Of a stretch of DNA of 64,000 bases, positions 50,448-62,971 are shown one piece after another. Location: assembly GCF_006345805.1 (NCBI RefSeq), contig NC_043000.1, positions 33,666,001-33,730,000 of the forward strand, written 5' to 3'. The notes beneath the pieces are model-generated. The model saw only the letters and a list, made by a program, of their open reading frames with translations, made no database searches and was not told the DNA's origin. Source of the stretch: Octopus sinensis. Taxonomy: Eukaryota. How positions within the stretch are numbered: the stretch's first letter is position 1; each line of letters starts with the position of its first letter. A program made the position numbers and the translations under genes.

Positions 50448-50990
50448 CCTCATCATAATGTGGGAGAACAATGCATGCCATCAAAGTGACACTGGGGTAA
50501 AATATACGAAGCCCAGTATATACCCGTCATGACTACTTGTCTGATAAGGGTATACCAGGCACATGCATCACAGTCATATGTGCGCGACATGGTGATCTCA
50601 TATCAAGATAAACAGCACATGACCTTGCAGGTGGGGCCCACTTAGAATTTTCTTCAAAAGGTTCCTGAATAAGGTTTGTTTAAGGACGTTGAACGAACCA
50701 CCCATGTTTCCAGAGGTAAATTATTCAAAACCCAAAGAATTCCTTCAACACATGGCTATGATGCTCCCCTACTATTTCTGCTTGTGATCAGAGATGCACA
50801 TATCGTCATCCACTCAGGGACATATTCAACTGGTTAAGATGAAACAACTGACAAGCAAATCTGTTGTTTTGAGCAGAATATTTGCTGTAATCCATCTTTT
50901 ATACTAAGACAAAACAATGTACATGATAACACTTCCAAACAGTTAAGATCAAAAACTATGAGAGCCACTGCCTGGTACTGCATCAGGGGA
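50448..50990 (-). mobile_element. non-coding interspersed element flanked by (TAA)-type repeats (probable Dong-dependent non-autonomous element)
   Basis: Bounded by (ATT)n at 50401-50447 and TTATTATTAGTAGTAG at about 50996; no ORF. Confidence 0.45.
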
Positions 50991-52055
50991 TAGTTTTATT
51001 ATTAGTAGTAGTACCAATTACTTGCACCAGCCTTACCGTAGGTGTTCTTTTGTGGTTTTATTGCAATTCGATTGCGATACCTCCTCTTTATTCTATAATG
51101 TGTAGAGCGCTGCTTACCATTTTACCAAGATTATTTCAAAGAATTCTATTTTTAGTTTAATTAATTCATCACAGTTTCGGTTTCTCTCGTAAATCTGCTT
51201 TAAATCTACTTTGTTGTAAACGAAATGATATTATTTTCTGTTTTGTAAGCAAAAACGTAGTTCGAGAAAAGTCTGTATAGAAGAAAATTTACTTCGATTG
51301 GTGCTAATCCAAAGATGTTATCTTTGTAGATTCTTCGCTGCTTAGAAGAATTAATCACGCACTGTATATGAAAAAGCAAGCTCCAGGTCTGTGTGTCTAA
51401 CTCTTACTCATTCTTTTATCACAGCACTCGTGGTATTGAGGCAACACGAATCTCCAGTAGCTAATTCACACTATCTACGCTAACATTACTATTGAGAACA
51501 GCATGAACCTCACAGCAGTTCATACACTTAAGCACAGGACAGTATGAACCTCACAACAGCTGATTCATTTTTATCTATCATAATAGTGGCCTCTTCTGTC
51601 TTGAACGGTAATATTTATATAAAGAAAAGGAATCTAAAAGTATTTGAGTCCAAAAGTTGATTTCGATTTTTATTTCAAAGATATCCCCTTCACCATTTCT
51701 TGCTCATATTTCGCATTAGCTTACTATTGTCTCTTTTGAAATATGAAAATGTTTTTCTTTCCTAAAACAAACTTGTATTGCTGCTCCTTATGTTTTTGTG
51801 GAGTGTAATCAATTGAGGGGACACCACTGCGTTACTAGAAACTCATCGCATACAAGAAATGGTATTTCTGTCTTGGACAGAAATATTTATGCAAACAAAC
51901 AGAATCTAAAAGAATTTGAGTTCTGAATTTGTATTCGGTTTTTACTTCAAAGATACTGCTTTCATCATTTTTCAACTAAAAGGAGAAAGTCAACTTCAGT
52001 AGAAAGTTAACTTCATATTTTAAACATCAACTGACAGTCTAACAATTTATTATCT

Positions 52056-52176
52056 CACCACCATCACCACAACCACCACCACCACCACCACCACCACCAC
52101 CACCACCACCACCACCACCACCACCACCACCACCACCACCACCACCACCACCACCACCACCACCACCACCACCACC
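52056..52176. repeat. (CCA)n microsatellite
   Basis: Read directly. Confidence 0.95.
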
Positions 52177-52599
52177 TCTTTTACTCTATTTTACAAACAC
52201 AACAGTTCTCTGAAAAGTACCTTACAAAGAAAATCTTCCACTGTTGCTGACACAAACTACAAGCACAAAAATGGCTGTCGTTACTTCAGAAAAATGAAGG
52301 CACCGGTTGTGACGATATCCCTTCCATGGCACTCAAACGTTGTATCCTAGAACCAGCCGCTATACTCACCAAATGTGTCGATCGAAATCTAGCAATTGGA
52401 ATCTTTTTCTCTCTTTCTCTTTCTCGCATTCGCTTTTTATCTGTCTGTCTACCTGTCTGTCTGTCTATCTGTCATATCACTTTCAACTTGTCACTTTCAA
52501 ACGGAAAGGAGACACAAACTTTACTCATATGAAAATAAAAATTCATCACACCACACACCCTAATCCCGAAGAACACTCAGATCTCACAAAATCTCTCTA

Positions 52600-53300
52600 G
52601 TTGCTAGGTCTTCTGTCGCCGAGTATAAGCAAATCCTAAACGTTCCTGGGATCACTTTCTAACTACATTAAGGCTCTCCGGTTCAGAGCCAGGGATAACA
52701 TCATGCCCGACTATTATTGATATTTTACAAACCTCAGACGAGCTCCTCATTGGGTTAGTGTTCTCACAACTAAGTCAGTGCTGCTGTTGCACTCACAGAC
52801 TTCCTATTCTGCATCCAGGAAAGAGTCTACTCGCTGATTGATATAAATCACAGAGATTATCCAAATTCCAGCCTCCACTCTCCGATTTTTCAGCCGCCTT
52901 TTATGATGGCCCCTTGAAATTGGCTGGTCCCATGCAGCACTCACCCAAGCAGTCTCGAGTCATTCATTTTTCTTCATTTCACCACAATTGATGTGTACAA
53001 TACTACTAAACACCGCACATATTACTAAGTCCAATCATCCAATCATTCATAGAAGGACATTGGACCTCCAAAAATCCCTCACTGCTCATATCTTTTCAAC
53101 CAATTTTGCCCCGTGTAAGTTCAACAGGAACAGCAATGGGTGCCAAATCTCACCGATTAAGGAGATCCTTCAGAGGTCATGGAGACCAAGCTTTCTTTTA
53201 GATTTGGAACTAAAAATAAGTAAGAACTGCCGAACTGAGTTCTCAGTCCATTCCTCAGTTGAATCCATAATCCTTTTCACTTACACCTCATGAATGATAA
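52600..53300 (+). pseudogene. decayed CR1/Jockey-group LINE fragment
   Basis: LIFYKPQ...CSH..SAA motif, like the 23170 fragment. Confidence 0.4.
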
Positions 53301-53469
53301 CAAATCCCTCTGCTAAATATATCGGTTTCTATCGGTTCGAAAACCACAATGCTGCTACATTCACAATAGCTATTTTTCGACATCATGACAACAAAGGATT
53401 ACATGTAAACACACACAAGCGCGCGCGAACATGACGAAAGCTAGATTTGCCTATATTCATGCATATAAG

Positions 53470-53508
<39 letters not shown>

Positions 53509-53779
53509 ATGTGTGGTGTATGTGTATGTGTGTGTGTGTGTGTGTGTGTGCGCGTGTGTGTGTGTGCGTATGTATGTGCGTGTTATGTGCATCTATATGT
53601 ATAGATACAAACATATATATTATTATATTTTAGAGAGACATTCTGTCAATAAAAGAACACGCACTGGTTGTAGTTCACTTATTTGGTAAGTTTGCTAGTA
53701 ATTCATTACATGTCAAGGTGATTTGTTACAAATGTGTAACATATAAATATATTATTACCAACATATTCACATCTATTCT

Positions 53780-54974
53780 TTTATCAACGATAATTACACT
53801 TTTTGGAAAACATATTTAATTAGTTCTGAAAATTACGTCCCTTCAAATACCATTTTCTTCCCTATAATAGCAGGTTCTTTCCAAAGAAGGTTCTATCACC
53901 ATTTGCGATATCTCTTGGCTTATCCTTTCAATTTCGTCGCGGATGATGGTCTTAAATTACTGGATTATCCGGGGTTTGTTAGTGTATACTCTGGCTTTCA
54001 GATTCCCCCACAAGCAAAACTCTGGAGCCGTTAAATCGAGTGAATGTGAGGGAGAGTAAAATTTAAAGTTTATCGAAATTATCTTGCGTCCAAAGATTTG
54101 CCTTAAGAACTTCATCATCGGGCGAGCTGTATCCAATGCTACCCCGTACCTTTTCAACTGCAGGACTCACTTAATGTTCCAACATATTCCGATGCCGCTC
54201 TCCTATGACAGTTAGTGCGTTTTTGCCTCATCCTCAAAGAAATAAGTATCTAGGACTCTTTCCGTATATAACTAGCACTAAACTAGAGTGCCACTCATGG
54301 TGATGGACTAGTTTTGGATATTTTGTCCCCCACCTCCACCAAAATCGGATAATTTGTTTGTTGACAAAACCGTTTAGATGTAAGTCAAACTTGTCAACCA
54401 TAATGGGGGTTGTAAAATCACATTCTTGCCCTGCTAGTTCTTGGATCTGAGCAACAAGCACTAACCCCATCTGATGATCTTTTTGTTCCGGTTCCTGCAC
54501 AAGTTGCTCTTAGTACAATATTAAAACCAGCCTCCTTTGAATCCTCTGTGGTGAGCTTCGTGATGTTCCTAGCTGCTGGGTCGCTTTCGGGTTGATATTG
54601 AAGGCTCTTCTTCAATGTTCCGACCTCTACGCTGAATGCTGTCCTGAGATCTCCCCGAACGTTGCCTTCCCGTACGTGGTAAATCAGTCACAGCCTCCTA
54701 TTGTTCAAACCACTGGAATAAGTTGAGTATCACTTGTTTAGACGCTGGTTGTCTGACCCCAAAAGGGTGAATGTAAGGTTATTTGGTTAGTACAATTGAT
54801 CGCTGATTTTGTAGATAAAATTCAATTATTTTTATTAGTTTCTCAGTTGTGCATTTTACCATGATTGTTTTCCAAGAATTACATGTCAATAATCTGAAAC
54901 ATAATAATTAAAAAAATAAATAGTGAAAACATTATTATATTTTTAAATGGTCTAGTGACTATTGGGCCAACATG

Positions 54975-54977
<3 letters not shown>
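53780..54977 (-). mobile_element. DD41D (rosa/Visitor-type) Tc1/mariner transposase pseudogene
   Basis: LHLNGFVNKQIIRFW and SLDLTAPEFCLWGNLKARVYTNKP; 41 residues between the degenerate second and third catalytic positions; TIR-like end next to TA at about 54977. Confidence 0.78.
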
Positions 54978-55009
<32 letters not shown>

Positions 55010-55025
55010 TACATATATATATATG

Positions 55026-55106
<81 letters not shown>

Positions 55107-55242
55107 ATATATTATATTAAATTAGAGATAAAACCACTATTAGGCAAATCATACAATGAAAAACTTAAGCCAATACATAAGATTAATTAATTAATATTAT
55201 TTTCAATATATATAAAAATTATTAAAAAAAGATAACTAGTAT

Positions 55243-55309
55243 AACACTACGATCGTTTCATGGCTGTCCAATTCTTAAAATTTCGAGTTACAGTCATTCT
55301 TCAGGTGAT
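55243..55309 (-). ncRNA. type I hammerhead ribozyme
   Basis: Minus strand: CAC-CTGAAGA-ATGaCTGT...ACAGcCAT-GAAAC-GATC-GTA-GTG; palindromic stem III. Confidence 0.68.
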
Positions 55310-55471
55310 TTAAATATCTAAAATAAAATCAGAAATATTTAAACAATATTTTAAAGATATAAATAATATATATAATATAATAATTTTACTTAAATAAACT
55401 CTATTATCAAACTAGAGACATAGAACTTAACAATTATATACATACATATATACTACACACATACATACATA

Positions 55472-55599
<128 letters not shown>

Positions 55600-55609
55600 C
55601 TGTAATCTT

Positions 55610-57960
55610 AACTCTTTAAATTGTTTCAGCATCATAGCTGCGGTCATGCTGGGGCACCACTGTTGACTGTGCTACACCATTATTTGAAACCTCCTCTGAT
55701 ATGTGGCACCTGGTGAATGAGGGAGTTTGGTGCCGCTGCCGCATCTGTGTTTCCTACCGTGAGGTAGACTCATCCAGAACCCCTAACAGGAGGAGATCCA
55801 GTTTTGTTTCGAAGACACCTACATCCACACCATGCAGTTCTCAGACAAGTTTGGTACAAGGCCTTCCAGGGTTCTCCAGATGTATTTCACTGCATATCTC
55901 TTCCGCCTTCATTTTAGGGAGAAGAGTTTTAATTCTTTCAGTGTTTCCCAGTAACTGATATGTTGCATTGAGACGATTTTCTTTGTATAGCTTCGTTGGA
56001 TTGCTTTGAGTTCCGCCGTTAATTCTATATTGTGTGGTGACCATAGCTAGACGCAGCAGTCCGAGCGGCTGAGGACGTATGCTCTCCAAAGGACCATCAT
56101 TGTTTCCTTTCTCTTGTTTTGAAAGTTCAGAGGATCCATCCTGCTAGCCGACTGTATTTTATTATCAACTTGATAATATGCACTTTGAAAGATGCATCAT
56201 TGCTCATGCCAATGCCCAGGTCACGCACTGATTTTTGCCCAGCGATTGCAATTCCTCCCGGGGCAGTGTATCCTGTCAGCATGTCGTTCAGCTTTGTTTG
56301 CTGGTTGCGCAGGGCTTGGAATTTTCCTACATTAATCTACCCACTTGCATACTGCGTCCAACTCCCGTTGCAGACGCACAATATTTCATGGATTTTGTAC
56401 TATCTGAGGGACTTTTGTGTCATTTGCATAGCTAGCAAGGGTGGCTGAGCAGCTGAGTGCATGTCTGAGAGAGCCACTATGACTAGAAGTGGCCCTAAGA
56501 AGTGCCCTGTGGATAACCACTCGCTATTTGTGTTTCCTGGGAGGGGGCTCCATTGGCCACCACTGCCTGATATCTATCTTTTAGAATGTCGTGCAGCCAC
56601 TCTCCAAGTTTTCTATCTGGTCGAAATCCATGCTGAGTGTCAGTCAACAAGTCATTTTCTTCAAGGAACTGACCAGTTTCTGGCGGCCTATTCGTTCCAT
56701 GACTTTGCTGATGTGTGAGGTCAGAGAGATAGGCCTATAATTTTAGCATCTGGTCTGCTTCCTCCCTTATAGATAGGGCATATCATCCCTTCCTTCAGTT
56801 TGTCTATGAGCTCACCACTTGCAAGAGCGCTCTGAAAAAGAAGCTGCAGTGGTTTTGCAAGGGCTCGTTTACACGATTTGAGAAGGAACACTGGGAATCC
56901 ATCAGGGCCAGCAGCTGAGTTTGTGTCAACCTCATCTATGGCCAGTGTTACATTTTCTTCTTCAATGTTGATGCAATCAATTTTCGCTTCTTTGGTTACA
57001 GGTAAAGTGGCAAAGAATTCTGCTAGTTTGTTTACTTGCCTGTGTCCCAGAGGTGTTGTGAACACACTTTGGAACTGTTCATTCAATATTTCACTTATCC
57101 TCATTGGGTTTCATCTTTTTGGAAGAGAGGTTCTATTTTGTGGCGTACTGAGGCTGTTTCTTTGGCAAACTTAAAGAAAGCTTTACGGTTCGACTTGATA
57201 TTTTCTATAACCCAAACTTCCTTATCTGCTCTCTCCTTTTCGTGAGATTTATGTAGATCTTCCTCAATCTTCAATAGCGCTTCTCCAGACGAGGTTTCTC
57301 ACCACTTTTGGGGTGCTTGCTCAGACGGTTCGCAAACTTTGCCCGTCGTCGAATAAGGATCTTCCTTTCTTTAGGGATTCTGTTTTTGTGTATGTTGGCC
57401 CTGCGCTCTGGAACGGATTTGTCACATGTGACTTGCATTATGGACATGAAATGTCTGTGCTTCATGTCAATGCCTGGTATGGAGGGACATTTAGGCCAAT
57501 CCGATTTGAGGATCTCTTTCTCAATCAACTTCCAGTTTTCTTTATGAAAATTTAGTTTGGAGAGATTTTGGATGCTTCGTATAGGCTGTCTGTCTGCAGA
57601 GGCTTTTGGCCCATACATAAACATCTCTAGTATGTTGTGATCTGAGACCAAATTTGTGTTTGTAGCCAGGTCATCTGCTGGACAATCTTTTGTGCCACGT
57701 GCAAAACAAAACAGACTGTTCTTCTGCTGCTGCCCTTTTCGCATCAGAGTGAGCCAGCCGTTTGTAGGGCCACACACAACATCTGCATTTCGTCTTTCGG
57801 GAGTAGACAGTGCACCATTTTTTCGTCTTTGATGCATTTCCTTGTGTCCTCCTCGTAGAAGGGAGTATTGTCTTGGGCCCATGCAGTTTTGGCAGAGGTG
57901 CAAAGCGACAGTTTACACCATCATCCCCATGCTAGCAGTTCCCTTGAAGGTAAAATTAGC
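55610..57960 (-). mobile_element. CR1-like LINE with internal deletions (EN-linker-RT-3' UTR)
   Basis: SDHN, SAAGPDGFP..LLK, PIYKGG, NYRPISLT, QHGF, PQG..LGPLL, SYANDTK, IWRTLEGLVPN; tail GGTGCCCCAGCATGACCGCAGC...GCTGAAAC. Confidence 0.9.
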
Positions 57961-58067
57961 AAATGCTCCTGCTTTTACCCTTGTAATTCCTGTAGCTTTT
58001 GTCGCTGTTGTTGTTGCTGTTGGTGGGGGGTCTCTTTGCTTTTGTTTGTTTTTTAACGTCTTTTGTT

Positions 58068-58123
<56 letters not shown>

Positions 58124-58130
58124 ATGTATC

Positions 58131-58163
<33 letters not shown>

Positions 58164-58279
58164 GGCAAATAAAAGACGGAAGATGGAATATACAAGAATT
58201 TGTTACTTATCACGACAATTGTTAGTGCGTGTGAGTGGGTGTGTATGAGTACATAATATACAGACATATATACATATAC

Positions 58280-58314
<35 letters not shown>

Positions 58315-58489
58315 CGTGTGTGCGTGCGCACGCGCCTGTGTATAGAAAGTTGAAAAGTAACACACGAGCTGATATATATAAAGAAAATAGGAGGTAGAGT
58401 ATGCTAAAATAATTTTATCATGAAGAACATTTTAGTACCGGTTTTAGCCTTTTCAACTTTTTCAACTTAGAATAAAGTAGGAAAGGCAG

Positions 58490-58720
58490 TTAATTGTGGA
58501 AATTGTGGAAAAATCAAATGAAATGTTTTTTAAAAATATTTCCATAGTCTTGAAATAGGTAGGACATTTTCCTTTTTTTTTCTTCCTATCTTTCTCTCTT
58601 TTATTTCGTGAAGGTTAGGTAGGTAGTAGCCGATCTGAAAAAGGAAAATGTCCTACTTATTTCAAGACCATGGAAATATTTTTGAAAAAATTTTCATTTA
58701 ATTTTTCCAAAATTTAATTG
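58490..58720. repeat. imperfect inverted repeat (~85-bp arms)
   Basis: AAAATATTTCCATAGTCTTGAAATAGGTAGGACATTTTCCTTTTT mirrored by AAAAAGGAAAATGTCCTACTTATTTCAAGACCATGGAAATATTTT. Confidence 0.85.
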
Positions 58721-58833
58721 TTTTCTTTTTACTCTTGTCAATGAAATTTACCTTATATATAATTCAGTCAACACGTTATATATAAAGCTACAGCTTTATT
58801 AAGTTCGTCCAGAGTTTCCTCGCTTAGGTACAT

Positions 58834-58876
58834 CTCATTGACGAGAGCCAAGTAGCTTGAAACATCGATGTCTGGG
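58834..58876 (+). ncRNA. minimal hammerhead ribozyme variant (TTGACGA core)
   Basis: CTCA-TTGACGA-GAGCcaagtaGCTT-GAAAC-ATCGAT-GTC-TGGG; palindromic stem III. Confidence 0.55.
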
Positions 58877-59084
58877 GTTCCTAATTGATGGCAACACTGT
58901 ATGAACCGGGTGTTTTCATACCTTTTTAGCACAAAATGCTTTCAAATTACCTAATTCTGCTTATACTTACACACTGCTTCGAGCTGCCACTTCGTTATAT
59001 ATACATATATATAGATATGTTCACATATTTGTATAAACACATACATCTTACACATGAACATACACACACACACACATGTATATA

Positions 59085-59440
59085 CTAGCAGCTAAGCCCA
59101 GTTCCCCCCGGGTGGTTTGGATCACGTGACTGTTAAACCTGCTCTATGTAAGCGTTCGATTTGCTTAGGCACGCTTGTCAGAACTCTAACCAAGTATGAC
59201 ATTACCCCTTCCTTCCTTATTCCTCTACTACATCTTCCTTTCTCATTCATAAACGCAAGAGTATTATTATAGTAGATTATCTCGGTAACCATGGAAGCTA
59301 TGAAAAAAAAATACAAAGCGCAGCATTACCACCAGATCATTCTACATATCTGTGTAAATTTTCGTGCAATTCCACCCAGCCGTTTGACCGTGAATCCCAA
59401 GACAAGGAAGAATCGCCCATGTCAAATTTATACGTATAGA
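59085..59440 (-). mobile_element. complete non-autonomous Helitron
   Basis: Minus strand A|TCTATACGTATAAA...CCCGGGGGGAACTGGG hairpin...CTAG|T; A^T insertion site with no TSD. Confidence 0.75.
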
Positions 59441-59975
59441 TTATTAAGATCGATATGAAAAGCATATAAGCAAATATTGACAAAAAAATAGCATACCTTA
59501 TAAATTTGCATGTTATTTTCACAAATTAGAAGCATTTAAACAGACTGACGGACATATGAACAGACCGACAGAGAGGCAGATAGACATAGAGATAACGGGT
59601 GTGTGTGTGGGGGTGAGAGAAAGTGAGAGAGCGAGGGAGAGAGAGAAAGAAAGAAAGAAAGAGAGAGAGAACGCAACTATGGCGACAAGTATATTCACAC
59701 ACCGGATAATATGAAACAAATATAATAAATATTTATCTAATGTAATAATAGGAACATAATGAAGATATCCCAGCACATTCTGTAATTTCCTTCCAACCAC
59801 AATAAATGATAAATGAAATATATCTGATAACGTTTACACTTTGTAAAATATAGTTTAACGTACTGAACAGTGCATTTCTATTACGATATTTATTTATACA
59901 CCTACGCACAAGCACATTCCTGTTGTGTGGGAGATGGACTTTTATCGGGCAGCATATTTGCCATTACCTACATAA

Positions 59976-60010
<35 letters not shown>

Positions 60011-60090
60011 TCTACTCACACATCAACACACTCACTCACACACACACACACACACACACACACATCTACTCACACATCAACACACTCACT

Positions 60091-60124
<34 letters not shown>

Positions 60125-60584
60125 TATACATATATATGCATATAGTTGCGCCATGTATATGCCTGTTTTATTAAAAACACGACTATGTTCTAGTTTAATC
60201 TTTTTTATATTATATTTTTCATATATTCTTATTAACTTTTTACAGTTGGTTTCGAAATGTAGGGTTCCTAAACCCATATCCAACGGTTCTACCCAATCCG
60301 AGATGCAATATCAAGGATTCAAAGGAATATATTTAGCATTTGTGTTCTTTCTTAAATCCTGACAGAATTTATGTAGACTTTCCCGCCAAAAGATAAAAAA
60401 ACTTTTGGCATTGTGCCGCAAGTGGCATTCTTCACTAAGCGATACTGGAACGATTTCATCATCTTCCTTCAATATATCGTGTTTTTAAAAACTGCACGTC
60501 CATATGAGAAGTTATTTCTGGATGAATACTGCAGTAACTTGACTGTTAACGATGTATATACCTAAGTATGATAAAATAGATGAC

Positions 60585-60623
<39 letters not shown>

Positions 60624-60644
60624 TTATATATATGATATGTATGG

Positions 60645-60779
60645 ATCCCAGGTAGCTCTCCAGCTGACCAGTTCCTGTCAAACCGTCTAACCCGTGTCAG
60701 CATGGAAAGCGAACATTAAATGATGATAATGATATATAATAATAATAATAATAATAATAACAACAACAATAAGAATAAC

Positions 60780-60838
<59 letters not shown>

Positions 60839-60852
60839 TGATGATGATGATG

Positions 60853-60906
<54 letters not shown>

Positions 60907-60920
60907 TTAATAATAATAAT
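60645..60920 (+). mobile_element. retroposon 3' tail running into an (ATG)/(AAT)n array
   Basis: CCTGTCAAACCGTCTAACCCGTGTCAGCATGGAAAGCGAACATTAAATGATGAT then about 200 bp of AAT/GAT repeats. Confidence 0.6.
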
Positions 60921-61472
60921 TTCTTAAGTAACGAGAAGATGGATTTCGTATTAATCTTCATTTTGTGAAACGGTCGTTTCAACCCATCCTGCTACTGTCC
61001 CTTATGGGTGGGGCTCCGTTCCGCATGCGTTGCATCCATTTTGCAGTCTGGGTCTCATCGAGTACATCCATGCATAAAGTTGTGTCTCGCTAATGATCTT
61101 GAGTTTTGGCTGCCATGTTCTTCTATGCTCGTCTGGTTAGGGAGTGAAACATTGCTACAAATTTTCAATTAATGTTATCTTTCTAAAAGAATAGCAAATC
61201 TTTGTAAATATAGACAAATAACTGTTGATTAAAAAAAGAAAAAAAATAGAAGTCAATGGCTGGACAGAGATGGATTGAGTTACACTGGGTTTCAGACAAA
61301 GGAAAGGTACTATAAAAAGGAAAGGAGATATATATATATGTAGAGGTTAGAATGTCTAGGGGGTGAAAGGTTGTTTAGCTAATTAATTTAGGTCGGAATG
61401 TGTATACATACATTCACACATGCACTCACACAAGGGACATTGGTCCACCCACCGATTCCGGCCGTAGTTCGA

Positions 61473-61968
61473 TAATCTCACCATAAGCCTGTCATATCGG
61501 TGATATAGATGTGAAGCGAGTCAGACTGTCTGCGAGCTACCCAAATCTTCATGTGATTCTTTTCTACTCTGTGCACAAGACCTGAAATTTGGAGAGTTGG
61601 GATGGGAGTGGGTACTTAATTTATCGACCCCGAAATGATGAAAAGCAAATCGACCTCGGTGGAATTTGAACTCAGAACATAAAGACAGATAAAATAACTA
61701 TTTCTTTACCAACCACAAGGGGCTAAACACAGAGGAGACAAACAAGGACAGACGAACCGATTAAGTCGATTATATTGACCCCAGTGCATAACTGGTACTT
61801 ATTTAATCCACCCTGAAAGGATGAAAGGCAAAGTCGACCTCGGCGGAATTTGAACTCAGAACATAACGGCAGACGAAATACCGCTAAGCATTTCGCCCGG
61901 CGTGCTAACGTTTCTGCCAGCTCGCCATCTTAGTCTTGACGCGATTTTGACGACAGGCTTATGGTGAG

Positions 61969-61972
<4 letters not shown>
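61473..61972. mobile_element. MITE with perfect 20-bp TIRs containing nested family C SINEs
   Basis: AATCTCACCATAAGCCTGTC (61474-61493) and GACAGGCTTATGGTGAGATT (61952-61971); right end followed by G|TA. Confidence 0.7.
61575..61927 (-). mobile_element. SINE family C composite (long-tail copy joined into another copy at 61698)
   Basis: Same duplicated architecture as 1588-1992. Confidence 0.85.
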
Positions 61973-62015
<43 letters not shown>

Positions 62016-62440
62016 CATATAGAATATTTCGATGGGTGTCGGCATCTTACACCGTTTATCCTTTGGAATAAAACCATGTTGTCTTCGAAACATATATCGG
62101 CATCTTACACCGTTTATTCCTTTGGATAAAACCAGGTTGTCTTCGAAATATAGGTCGAAAGTAAAGGAATTTTATTAACATCTTCGTTCAACTCCATTTA
62201 TTTATTTATTAATATATATATATATATTATATATATATATATAATAAGAGTAGAAATTAATATTATTATATAATATCAATTTCAACTAGTGGTCAGCAGA
62301 CTTAAAAATGTCCGAGGACCATGAATTCTATTTAAATATAAGCAAAATGAGATCATTTTGTGGAACCCTTGTATACGTTTTTACTAAGTTGGGAACACAG
62401 ATTTAGTGGTAAGACTCAACATAGTGATCCCTCATATTGT

Positions 62441-62512
<72 letters not shown>

Positions 62513-62614
62513 CAGCTGGAATTTACAAAAAACACAAACAATACAAAAGACGAAGACGGGGTGTGTAAACAACAAACACGTGTATTAGTTTAACCCACGG
62601 GAAGTGAGGAAGTA

Positions 62615-62648
62615 TTTTACGTTTCGAGCCTACTCTCTTCGACAGAAA
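62615..62648 (-). ncRNA. minimal hammerhead-like motif with CTGTCGA core
   Basis: TTT-CTGTCGA-aGAGagtaggCTC-GAAAC-GTA-AAA; inverted degenerate partner at about 62790-62820. Confidence 0.45.
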
Positions 62649-62909
62649 GGAACACAGAAATAAGCAGAGAGCGAAAATAGAAAAAGGTTTAGAGGCTAGC
62701 GATCAATCATATATATAAGTGTATATTGTATGATATATTGCCTCAATTTTTTCTCTCTTCTGTTTGTGCCTCTTCCTTGCTGTGTTTTTCTGAGTCCCTT
62801 TCTGTAGAAGAAATAGGCTATAACTCTTTGACTGCTATTTCTATTCGGTCTGTGGTAGGCATTCTTCTAAACCCTTTATCGCTTAGTATTATATATTTCG
62901 TATATATAT

Positions 62910-62971
<62 letters not shown>

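Noticed and set aside
51330-51386. 57-nt frame-preserving AG..GT segment (SSLLRRINHALYMKKQAP)
   Set aside because: Weak donor (GTCTGT), no partner exons, expected by chance; needs RNA-seq.
60246-60500. Acceptor-like site and a protein-like minus-strand frame
   Set aside because: Interrupted by stops; no recognisable family.
62030-62160. Short repeats resembling a CRISPR array
   Set aside because: Two tandem ~60-bp copies without unique spacers, eukaryotic context, no cas genes.
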